From Bacteriovoracaceae bacterium (lineage in GTDB: Bacteria > Bdellovibrionota > Bacteriovoracia > Bacteriovoracales > Bacteriovoracaceae), in the NCBI GenBank assembly GCA_049599895.1, contig JBMYPC010000001.1, positions 1 to 62,543 on the forward strand: DNA of 62,543 nucleotides, written 5' to 3'. Shown here piece after piece: positions 1 through 8,064 of this stretch. The position numbers were made by a program, and so were the translations under genes. The notes beneath the pieces are model-generated. The model worked only from the letters and a program-made list of their open reading frames with translations. It was not told the origin of the DNA and did no database searches. Every line of letters begins with the position of its first letter. Position 1 is the stretch's first letter.

Positions 1-2088
1 AAGAGGGCTCTCTGCTCCCTCTGGTCTAAGAGCATTGGCAAGAGCATAGGGAAGGGCAATATCTCTACCATCAACCTTCGCTTTATAAAAAGAAAGGTCT
101 GAGAAGTGAGTAAGGGCTGCTTTATGACCATCATTGTACTTGATATACTTTCGATCAATGAGAGAATTAAAGTCTGAGTCTAAGAAAAAGAGTTTGAGAT
201 GACCTCTTCGTGGCTGACTTTCAGGAGTGTTTTTTTCCGTAAAGATCGTGATGACAAGATAATCTTTTTTCCCATCATAGTTAAGGTCAATTTTTTGAAG
301 ATCATAGAGTCTATCAACTTCTTCTCCTAATTCAACTGAAAATGGTTTGATTCCATCTTTTGTTGACTTGAAAATATTGAGATACTTTTTACCATCTTTT
401 TTAGATAATCTTGTTGAAACATAATCATTTGTTTCATAATTTGAGTATCGATCAAAGATAGGAGACAGAAATTGAATAACTGTTCCAAGAGGAGTTTTAA
501 GAGCAGTGTTTCGAGCTGTGCTAAGATCTTCATGAAGTTTAAACTTATAAGCGACTTGAGTCTTCATCTCAAGGCTAATGCGAGTCTTATAAGTTTTTTC
601 TTGCCCCTCAGATTGAACTTTTACGGCAATTAATTGTCTTGAATCAACTGCAGAAGACTTTGCCTTTAAAGAAAGTGGGATCTTCTTAAGTTCGTAAGAA
701 GATAATTCGATATTAGAAAGAACGATTTTTGATTGTTCAAAGTCTTCTGAAGAAAATTCTACAACAACATTTTGAACTTTATTGTCCTTAGAGTAGTTCT
801 TGAGTTTCAATTCATATTGGAAAGTGAGATCTTGTGCGAGAAGAAATGAAGTTTTTCCTTTAAATTGAGGCGCTACATGATCACTTGATTTTTTTTCAAA
901 AGCTTTTGAAAAGTCAATAAGACCGCTATTTGACCATTTATTTTCATCTTTAATGGACTTGGCTGTTGAGTAAAGACGCCCAAGAACTTCATCGACTTCT
1001 TCTGAGCTTTTAAGAGGAGATTCAGTTTCAAGGCCGAGCAAACTCGCAATAAGTGCACTGACAACTGGAGCAGAGAATGACGTTCCTGATCTTATGTCAT
1101 AGTGATGAAAAGGGAGATTAAAGAACTTCTTACTATAGATATGTCTCGCATTAGTTGAAAGAACATGTTCTCCTGGAGCCAGAATATCAACAGCGCCACC
1201 AAAGTTTGAAAACTCAGAGAAGGTCTTTTCTGGAGAAGTTGATCCTACACAGATTGTATAAGGAAGCCCACAGGGAAAGTAATCAAGGTCATGACCGTCG
1301 TTTCCTGTGGCCACAACAACAAAGATTCCACTTTCATAGGCGTTTTTCAGAGCTTTTTCAACTTCAGGGCTATTGGCAATTGATGGCCAGCCACTTGAAA
1401 CGTTGATCACATCAACATTGAGGCTTGTGGCATATTCGATGGCCTTGGCAAACTTATCACCTAAAGTTCCTTTTCGAGTCACAAGCTTTTCAGAGTTACT
1501 TGTGGCCTTGATAGGGTAGACTTTGATGTTGTTACTCAGTCCTGCAATCCCAAGGTCTTCATTACCAGTTTTTGCTGCAATAATACCAGCAACAGCTGTT
1601 CCATGACCAACAAGTCCAGGTTGCAATGGATTCTTTACGAGGTCTTCGTTGGGATTGTTACCATCATCTGTAAAATCCCAACCTTGGCAATCACCAGCAA
1701 AACCATTTTCATCTTTATCGGTGATGTTTGAGAGAGGTCTTACTCCATCAATACATTCAGCTTTGTTTGTGTAAAAGTTGATGTCGGGATGTCCTAAGTC
1801 GGCCCCTGAGTCGATGACGGCGACAACAACATCTCTTTTGAATTCCGAGCGAATTTTATCGAGATAGTTTGAAACGTTTACGTCAGCATCTTTCTCTACT
1901 GGAATAGAGCTTCCACGATCTTCAGAGTTAAAAAACTGCTCATTAGAGAGGTACCACCACTGATAGCCGCTATAGAGCTCTTCTGATGAGAATGAGTTTG
2001 AGCTATCGGGAAAGAAGTTATTGGCCTTTGCCTGAAAGGTCGATAGCGTACTAACAAGAACTAGAGTCGAAAATACATTTTTAAACAT
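1..2088 (-). CDS. Subtilisin-like (peptidase S8) secreted serine protease; C-terminus cut off by the left window edge
   Basis: This gene is absent from the supplied ORF track because it runs off the edge. Hand translation of the minus strand from ATG (2088-2086) stays open through position 1, giving 696 codons in phase with base 1. The N-terminus MFKNVFSTLVLVSTLSTFQA looks like a signal peptide. The S8 triad contexts are present: VAVIDSGADLGHPD (Asp), GHGTAVAGIIAA (His) and SGTSFSAPVVSALIA (Ser), plus VVATGNDG. Confidence 0.85.
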   Translation of the reverse strand, partial: MFKNVFSTLVLVSTLSTFQAKANNFFPDSSNSFSSEELYSGYQWWYLSNEQFFNSEDRGSSIPVEKDADVNVSNYLDKIRSEFKRDVVVAVIDSGADLGHPDINFYTNKAECIDGVRPLSNITDKDENGFAGDCQGWDFTDDGNNPNEDLVKNPLQPGLVGHGTAVAGIIAAKTGNEDLGIAGLSNNIKVYPIKATSNSEKLVTRKGTLGDKFAKAIEYATSLNVDVINVSSGWPSIANSPEVEKALKNAYESGIFVVVATGNDGHDLDYFPCGLPYTICVGSTSPEKTFSEFSNFGGAVDILAPGEHVLSTNARHIYSKKFFNLPFHHYDIRSGTSFSAPVVSALIASLLGLETESPLKSSEEVDEVLGRLYSTAKSIKDENKWSNSGLIDFSKAFEKKSSDHVAPQFKGKTSFLLAQDLTFQYELKLKNYSKDNKVQNVVVEFSSEDFEQSKIVLSNIELSSYELKKIPLSLKAKSSAVDSRQLIAVKVQSEGQEKTYKTRISLEMKTQVAYKFKLHEDLSTARNTALKTPLGTVIQFLSPIFDRYSNYETNDYVSTRLSKKDGKKYLNIFKSTKDGIKPFSVELGEEVDRLYDLQKIDLNYDGKKDYLVITIFTEKNTPESQPRRGHLKLFFLDSDFNSLIDRKYIKYNDGHKAALTHFSDLSFYKAKVDGRDIALPYALANALRPEGAESPL

Positions 2089-2106
2089 AAGACTTGCCTT
2101 TATCCC

Positions 2107-5100
2107 TTAGAGGTAATCCATAATCCAACGAATGAGTAATTCAGATTCTGTGATTTTTGTTTCATCACGAAGCCCTCGCATCGGTCCCATATAGTACTGG
2201 TCTCCAATTTCACCATAGTTATTAGATGCGTAAGGTTGAAAACCTCTTTCATCACCTTTTCTAAAGCCTGCAAGGTTTCCAAAAGCATACATATTAATGA
2301 TTTTTCCACTTTTAAGGTCTGAATCAGTATTACCTGCTAACCTTGCCATTCCCTCTAGAGAGAAGACTTTGGTAACGACACTCAAGTACTTGTGATAGTA
2401 CTTACTCAGCTTTTCAGCATCTTGTTTATAATAAGCTTCTTTCATTTTGCTTCGGTATCGATTAAGCATTCCTCTTAGACTTCGAACTGAGATATCTTTG
2501 TTTCGAACAGTTCTATTTTTTATAAACCGGCTCTGCACTGACTTCATCTTGCTTCGATCGGCATGATCTCTGATCAATGCTGTTAGCGTCTCGTCATCCA
2601 TGTTAATGAAATTTAAAAATGCATCTTTATAGAAGTTAATATCAATAGAGACAGAGTAGAGTTGGTGTTTTTCCGTTCGAGCAAGAATGTTCTTTGGGAA
2701 AAAGTCATGCTTATATCTCTCGTTCATTTTGTCGAGGATCTCAAGTGCTCCATCATGATCTTCTGACCAGCCCTTTTTAGTGTAAGAAACATTCGCAAAA
2801 AGGTGTGCTAGAGGATCGAAAACTTCACCGTCTGTTTTTTCAACTTCAAAGATAATTTGCTCTGTGGTTCCGGAACCAAAAATGGTGTTTCCAGGATCGC
2901 CATTATTTGTAGTTGAAACATTAAACTCTGAGTCTTCAAACATTTCATCGATAAGATAGTTCAGTCCATCAGTGAAAAGGGCCTCAAAGTTTTTCCCACT
3001 TCTTCGACCTTTTGCTTGTCTAAAGAAATGACGTTTCTCTCCTGTTGGATAAGCGAAGGTTAGATCATCTGTTGTATTTAAATATTTGCTTCTCAAGAAG
3101 AGAAAACTTAGTGATGAACCTCGTTCTGTGAAGTCGTGTGAGAAAACATATGGAGGATCTTTTATTTCAAGTTTTCTGTAGTAGTGATGCTTGAAAAGAT
3201 ATTTAATCATTCGAACAGCTGCGATACTTTCTCTAACAGAGGTTTTCTCATCTTCTGTTAGCTCTAATGCATCTTGATCAACTTCAGTTTCTTCTTGGGC
3301 TTCCTGTTCTTCTGTTTCAATATCTTCGACAAGCTCACTTGTTCCTGCTTTTACCGCAACAGACTCTGGAATTTCAGGCATATCAAGGGTGTTGAGAGAA
3401 GTTGTTGCCCCTCCCTTCGCCGCTTTAAAATCAAAGCTAATGATAGGGATGTTTCTTGCATTTAAACTTATTCTCGCCGTTAAAGTGCCTTTGTGACCAA
3501 AGTCTCTATAAATCTGAAGCCCATTTTTTTGTCTGAGAATATGAGTTCTCCATAAAACTCTTTGCTGAGCAGAGAAGTTTGCTTGAGCATTGAGGATATC
3601 ATTAAACCCATATCCTCCACCAAGACTTAAGCCTGCACCAACATTCAAAGAGATAATGAGTGATTCTCCAACCTGAAAGGTGTTATTGAATTCTTCGATA
3701 AATGATTGGAGCTCTTTAATTCCTTCTTTTGATTCGAGATACTTTTGATCTGACTCATCAAGGTTTTTAAAAAGCTTAGCAACTTTATTTTTGTAAAAAG
3801 GCACAATAATGTGTTCAAACTCTGTCTTTAAAGCTTTTTTGATACTTGTGACTGGCTTTAAGTGTGTATAAGTTCGTGTCAGATAAGCATCTGCACTTGC
3901 ATTTAAAAACCATCCCCCCGGAAGGCCATAGGCCACAGCTCTCGCTCCGGCCTTAACGCTAAAACCAATTGTATCTGCTAATTGAATTCTATTATCGGCT
4001 CCTAAATAACTTCCAAAAACGATGTCTCTTGAAGCGATAAGATCGCCATCAATTGTAGGGATAACGTCAATCCCAAATTCTGTTTTTGGAGCTTTTCCTG
4101 TTGAGACATATTCTTTAAAGTTCTTATAAGCTCGTTTCATTTGTTTTTCTTGAACTTCACTTTTAATGTCAGTCTCATAGAGAAACTTATCATTAAAACG
4201 ACTTACAAGATCTTTGATCACATTTGATTGAACGATACTCTTTCCAAATGCAACATATTCACCAAGGCTTAGTGGAGACTTTGGATCACCATAAGCATAA
4301 CGTGAAGCTCTTCCTTGCCAAGGGAGAGATTCAGGAATATCCATTTCATCAGCATCTTCTGGAATTGGTTTCGTTTTAGGAATAAGTTTTCCATCAACAA
4401 GTCTTTTTCCGTGAGAAATATCAAGATCACCACGGTACTTTTTAAATCCTTTAAGATTGAAAAGATCGATTAATGAGTCTCTTCTTTCAATGAGAATCTC
4501 ATTTCGGATCATTTCAACTTCTTTAGGAAGGTGAGATTCTTGTCCTCTTGAAACTCCATCTCTTGCAAGTCCCTTTAGCTCTGATTCACTAAGAGAAAGA
4601 ATTTTCCTTGCCATCCATTTGGCATCTTCAAGACTTGGGTAAAAAAGCTCACCATGAGGATATTCAAGCCCTATGTAGTTATTAATCTTTTTACCAATAT
4701 GGGGGTAACAAAGATTGATGCTTTCTGGACATTGAACCAGAGCGTAAGCGATGAGAAGCGCAACGTGACTTCTCTTTTGTTTATTAAATGTTGCTTGGGG
4801 AATACCAACGGCAATGTTTGTAAAGTCATTGGGATTAGAAGCAACAATATCTTGAAGAACGATTTCTAAGTTTTGCTCGTCTTCAGAAATAATCCATCGA
4901 TCAGGATGCTCAACATACATTGAATAGGCACCAGCTTCAGCTCTAATACCCGCGTCTGGCTCTTCTTCTTCACTCGGTGGAAAGAGGAGGTATCTAAATC
5001 GCTTAAGTTCATAGAGACTTTTAAATTTAATTCTAACTTTTGGAACCCATTTAATATTGGGGACTCTATAACCAAGCTTCTTAAGAAGAGCATGTCTTAG

Positions 5101-5517
5101 AAGAAAGTTGTGATTGTCGAGACTGATATCAAAATTGATAAGGCCATTACCTTGTCGCCCTTGAAAAGTTAAACTCTGCTCCATTGAAGGAAGCTCGCCC
5201 ACAAATTCAACGACTTGAGTTTCATTAAGGGGAACCTCTTTAAGTTGAACCTGGAACTTCTTTTGCGGATCATAGAATTTGTCATGCTTGGGCTCGACTG
5301 TATGAAGGTCTGTCCCATACAGACGTTTATACTCAGAACGAATGGCTTCAGCATTCGTATCGAAGATCTTTGTTCCGTCTTTTAGATAAAGATCATTGGC
5401 AATAGGCCTTGAATAATCTAGCGGAATTGTTCCCGCAAAACCATCATATGTGGCATTGGCCATGAGTTTGGATGAGAAAAGGAGTACCAGGAGAATAAAA
5501 GAAATTTGTGCTTTCAA
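2107..5517 (-). CDS. Large secreted protein of unknown function (1136 aa)
   Basis: The ORF is long and uninterrupted. Its N-terminus MKAQISFILLVLLFSSKLMANA looks like a signal peptide. It contains an acidic linker, EDIETEEQEAQEETEVDQDALELTEDEK. I recognise no catalytic motif. It ends 19 nt upstream of the S8 protease start on the same strand. Confidence 0.75.
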   Translation of the reverse strand: MKAQISFILLVLLFSSKLMANATYDGFAGTIPLDYSRPIANDLYLKDGTKIFDTNAEAIRSEYKRLYGTDLHTVEPKHDKFYDPQKKFQVQLKEVPLNETQVVEFVGELPSMEQSLTFQGRQGNGLINFDISLDNHNFLLRHALLKKLGYRVPNIKWVPKVRIKFKSLYELKRFRYLLFPPSEEEEPDAGIRAEAGAYSMYVEHPDRWIISEDEQNLEIVLQDIVASNPNDFTNIAVGIPQATFNKQKRSHVALLIAYALVQCPESINLCYPHIGKKINNYIGLEYPHGELFYPSLEDAKWMARKILSLSESELKGLARDGVSRGQESHLPKEVEMIRNEILIERRDSLIDLFNLKGFKKYRGDLDISHGKRLVDGKLIPKTKPIPEDADEMDIPESLPWQGRASRYAYGDPKSPLSLGEYVAFGKSIVQSNVIKDLVSRFNDKFLYETDIKSEVQEKQMKRAYKNFKEYVSTGKAPKTEFGIDVIPTIDGDLIASRDIVFGSYLGADNRIQLADTIGFSVKAGARAVAYGLPGGWFLNASADAYLTRTYTHLKPVTSIKKALKTEFEHIIVPFYKNKVAKLFKNLDESDQKYLESKEGIKELQSFIEEFNNTFQVGESLIISLNVGAGLSLGGGYGFNDILNAQANFSAQQRVLWRTHILRQKNGLQIYRDFGHKGTLTARISLNARNIPIISFDFKAAKGGATTSLNTLDMPEIPESVAVKAGTSELVEDIETEEQEAQEETEVDQDALELTEDEKTSVRESIAAVRMIKYLFKHHYYRKLEIKDPPYVFSHDFTERGSSLSFLFLRSKYLNTTDDLTFAYPTGEKRHFFRQAKGRRSGKNFEALFTDGLNYLIDEMFEDSEFNVSTTNNGDPGNTIFGSGTTEQIIFEVEKTDGEVFDPLAHLFANVSYTKKGWSEDHDGALEILDKMNERYKHDFFPKNILARTEKHQLYSVSIDINFYKDAFLNFINMDDETLTALIRDHADRSKMKSVQSRFIKNRTVRNKDISVRSLRGMLNRYRSKMKEAYYKQDAEKLSKYYHKYLSVVTKVFSLEGMARLAGNTDSDLKSGKIINMYAFGNLAGFRKGDERGFQPYASNNYGEIGDQYYMGPMRGLRDETKITESELLIRWIMDYL

Positions 5518-5941
5518 GTGCGTTCCTTGGTGAAAACTTTCTATTCAGTAGTGTAAAAGTAAAATTTGTATCACTTAGACATAACACGTGGCGTAAAAAA
5601 ATGAAGATTATCTCAGATGGAGTGTAAAAGTTACGATTGATGACACATTATTGGCTTCTGTTCGGGGCCAGACTAGCTCCAAAAATTCCTTCAAAAAAAA
5701 ATTTTTTAGGAAAATAATACAGAGTTTTCGAACTTTCTGACACCAGATACTCTTCATGGAAATAAACCTAAGTATATGAACTTAAAAAGGAGAAACAGGC
5801 TAACCCTGAAAAAATGACATGAACTTTGGAACTGTCGAGAGTTTGGATAAAACTTAACATAATTTTGACACAGGTCCTGGTTATCAATTAAACAGTCCAC
5901 AACGATTGCACCAGAACATCCAAATTTACTTCAGGGGGTAA

Positions 5942-6739
5942 ATGAAAATGAAATCTTTAAAATCTATGTTTCTCGTTTTAGTTATGGCAGTACTCGCTTC
6001 TTGTGGTGGAGGCGGAGGTGGTTCTAACGTAAGTGGAACTGTTTATTATAACCACGCTGAATTAGCGGATATCTTTGTTGAGCGTCTATGGGAAGATCTA
6101 GGAATCGACGCTGAACTCGTTAAGACTGATACTCTTCAGTATGACTACATTGTTGTTTATGATTATGACCTAGATTCTTATGATGCTTACTATATTGGTG
6201 AGTACAATCCAGGTGAGTCTCTATCAAACTACTTAGACTTCTATGACGATGACTTTGTATTTGATCTATTTGACAATAATGACGGAACTTACTCAGGTTA
6301 CGACATCGACAATTTCTACGTAACATTTGACCAGGATTCTTACTCACAAGATCCTGCTGATCAAAGAGTTGCAAAGGCTTACAAAGAGCAAGCTGAAAGA
6401 TTTAAAGTTGCTTCAAGACTTGAGAAGAAGTACGGATTCAACCCAACTGTTTCTATGAGAATTGTTAAAGCTACTGAGTCTTTTAGAGTTTCTAAAATCC
6501 AAAGTGGTGGAAACATTGCTAATCCTGCTATGACAACAGCTGCTAAAGAGCTTTTCAACGCTGCACTTGGTGTTGATGTTGACGCTGCTCAAGCTGCTCT
6601 TCTTTCAGGTGACCAAGCTCAAATTGAAGACCAATTTTCAATCATGAGTGACAGCCTTGGTGGGATCGGGAAAGAAAACGTAAGAGCTTTCTTCTACGAC
6701 CTACAAAACACATCTGAAGAAGAACTTTCTTTCAAATAA
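5942..6739 (+). CDS. Lipoprotein of unknown function, Asp/Tyr-rich
   Basis: The N-terminus has a signal peptide with a lipobox, VLASC, followed by a GGGGGGS linker. A GGGGG-containing RBS region lies just upstream. A strong terminator follows the gene. Confidence 0.75.
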   Translation: MKMKSLKSMFLVLVMAVLASCGGGGGGSNVSGTVYYNHAELADIFVERLWEDLGIDAELVKTDTLQYDYIVVYDYDLDSYDAYYIGEYNPGESLSNYLDFYDDDFVFDLFDNNDGTYSGYDIDNFYVTFDQDSYSQDPADQRVAKAYKEQAERFKVASRLEKKYGFNPTVSMRIVKATESFRVSKIQSGGNIANPAMTTAAKELFNAALGVDVDAAQAALLSGDQAQIEDQFSIMSDSLGGIGKENVRAFFYDLQNTSEEELSFK

Positions 6740-6766
6740 TTTAAAACAAAATTTTAAATTATACAT

Positions 6767-6797
6767 AAGGCCCTCTTTATAGAGGGCCTTTTTTTTT
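6767..6797 (+). terminator. Rho-independent terminator of the 5942-6739 gene
   Basis: The sequence aaggccctct-ttat-agagggcctt forms a perfect 10-bp stem. A run of T residues follows it. Confidence 0.8.
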
Positions 6798-6829
6798 AAA
6801 ACCCATCAAAGTTCAAATCGGCCTCAGTA

Positions 6830-6857
6830 TCTTTTTGTCTCCAGTTTCTTTTTGTCT
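6830..6857 (+). repeat. Direct repeat TCTTTTTGTCT x2 (17-nt period) in the leader/promoter region of the 7084 gene
   Basis: I read the two identical 11-mers directly, at 6830-6840 and 6847-6857. Confidence 0.6.
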
Positions 6858-7008
6858 TAACTTTAATTTCACTTAGCAGCGCGTCTTCTCATTGAAAGTA
6901 CAGACATCAGATTCTTTTATCTCATTTCTTAAGATGGCACCTCTCTTGCTCATAAGTCATTAGCAATGGATACCACTCAAGGATTAGGTGGCCAAACATC
7001 ACCACTAG

Positions 7009-7027
7009 GAAATGCCCAAGGCATTTC
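7009..7027 (+). promoter_or_regulatory. Perfect hairpin (GAAATGCC-caa-GGCATTTC) followed by T-rich tract, 57 nt upstream of the 7084 start; possible leader attenuator
   Basis: The 8-bp inverted repeat with a 3-nt loop was read directly. The downstream sequence atcgttttggtgtttgtcgattttg is T-rich. Confidence 0.3.
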
Positions 7028-7083
7028 ATCGTTTTGGTGTTTGTCGATTTTGTCCGAGACTAAAAAAAGAAAAGGGGAGCACT

Positions 7084-8007
7084 ATGAGGAATTTAAAGGT
7101 TTGGTTGGTTTTAATGCTAACTGTTTTAGCTTTTGGAGCGGAAGCACAGAGATGGCGCTATGATAATAGAGGCCAAGATCGTAATCAGCATATGAATGGT
7201 CTTCAACGACATATCGTTGATATGCACGACCAAATGTTTCAAGGGCATAAAACAATCTCTCTTAAACGAAAGCTAAAGAATAAGTATGTTAACCTTCAAG
7301 GCAAGCAACTCGTCGCTGTAAACCTTGTGGCAAAGACAATGGGTGGGCGCGGAACAGCGACATTAAGTGTTGGACATGAAAGCAGCTATCCTCAAACAAT
7401 TAATGGTAACCGACATGATTTTCACCTCAATGCTCCTTATACATACGATCGTGTAAAGATCAATAACCCTGCTTATAACTCTCAGGGGAAATGGCAACTT
7501 GAACTTAATGGAAAGTTTAAAGTTAAAAAAATTGTCATCATTACAAAAGCTAAAAAAGCGAAAGCGAAAAAATCGATCACTCTTAAATTTTATGGTGAAA
7601 AATTCAAAGGTGAGAGCTCGATCGCTCTTAAAAGACAGCTTAAGTCGCAAAACCCTTATCTTAATTTAAATAAGTTTAAACTTGTTAAAGTTAAGCTTGT
7701 GGCAAAAAGTAAAGCTGGATACGCTAAAGCAAAGCTTAGAGTAGGTCATGATAAGACTTCAGGTGAGACGATTTATGGTAATCCTTATGAATTCCGTTCA
7801 AATGCAGCTTATACATTTGATACGATCCAGTTTCACAACCCTTCTTATGATTCTCATGGAAAGTGGCAAATTCTTTTAAAGGGAGCTGTTAAAGTTAAAG
7901 AAATCACTGTTGTTCTTAAAAAGAAGGGTCAGGGTGGACATGGTAATGACTTTGGATTTATCGACGATAATGACTTCGGTTTTCAAGGGGACTTTGGTTT
8001 TAACTAA
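7084..8007 (+). CDS. Secreted protein of unknown function with internal tandem domain duplication and C-terminal DFGF repeats
   Basis: I prefer the ATG at 7084 because it is preceded by aaaggggagc. It yields the signal peptide MRNLKVWLVLMLTVLAFGAEA. The track start at 7012 adds a Cys/Arg-rich extension with no RBS. Confidence 0.7.
   Translation: MRNLKVWLVLMLTVLAFGAEAQRWRYDNRGQDRNQHMNGLQRHIVDMHDQMFQGHKTISLKRKLKNKYVNLQGKQLVAVNLVAKTMGGRGTATLSVGHESSYPQTINGNRHDFHLNAPYTYDRVKINNPAYNSQGKWQLELNGKFKVKKIVIITKAKKAKAKKSITLKFYGEKFKGESSIALKRQLKSQNPYLNLNKFKLVKVKLVAKSKAGYAKAKLRVGHDKTSGETIYGNPYEFRSNAAYTFDTIQFHNPSYDSHGKWQILLKGAVKVKEITVVLKKKGQGGHGNDFGFIDDNDFGFQGDFGFN
7255..7923 (+). repeat. Two diverged copies of a roughly 100-aa module inside the 7084-8007 CDS (7255-7548 and 7621-7923)
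   Basis: The two units align by eye. Unit 1 is ISLKRKLK..LVAVNLVAK..ATLSVGH..INGNRHDF..APYTYDRV..NNPAYNSQGKWQLELNGKFKVKKI. Unit 2 is IALKRQLK..LVKVKLVAK..AKLRVGH..IYGNPYEF..AAYTFDTI..HNPSYDSHGKWQILLKGAVKVKEI. Confidence 0.8.
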
Positions 8008-8034
8008 AACTTAAAAATAGTTTTAATATTGAGA

Positions 8035-8064
8035 GGGAGGCTTTAAGCCTCCCTTTTTGTTTTT
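8035..8064 (+). terminator. Rho-independent terminator after the 7084-8007 gene
   Basis: The sequence GGGAGGC-tttaa-GCCTCCC forms a stem-loop, followed by TTTTTGTTTTT. It sits between convergent genes. Confidence 0.75.
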
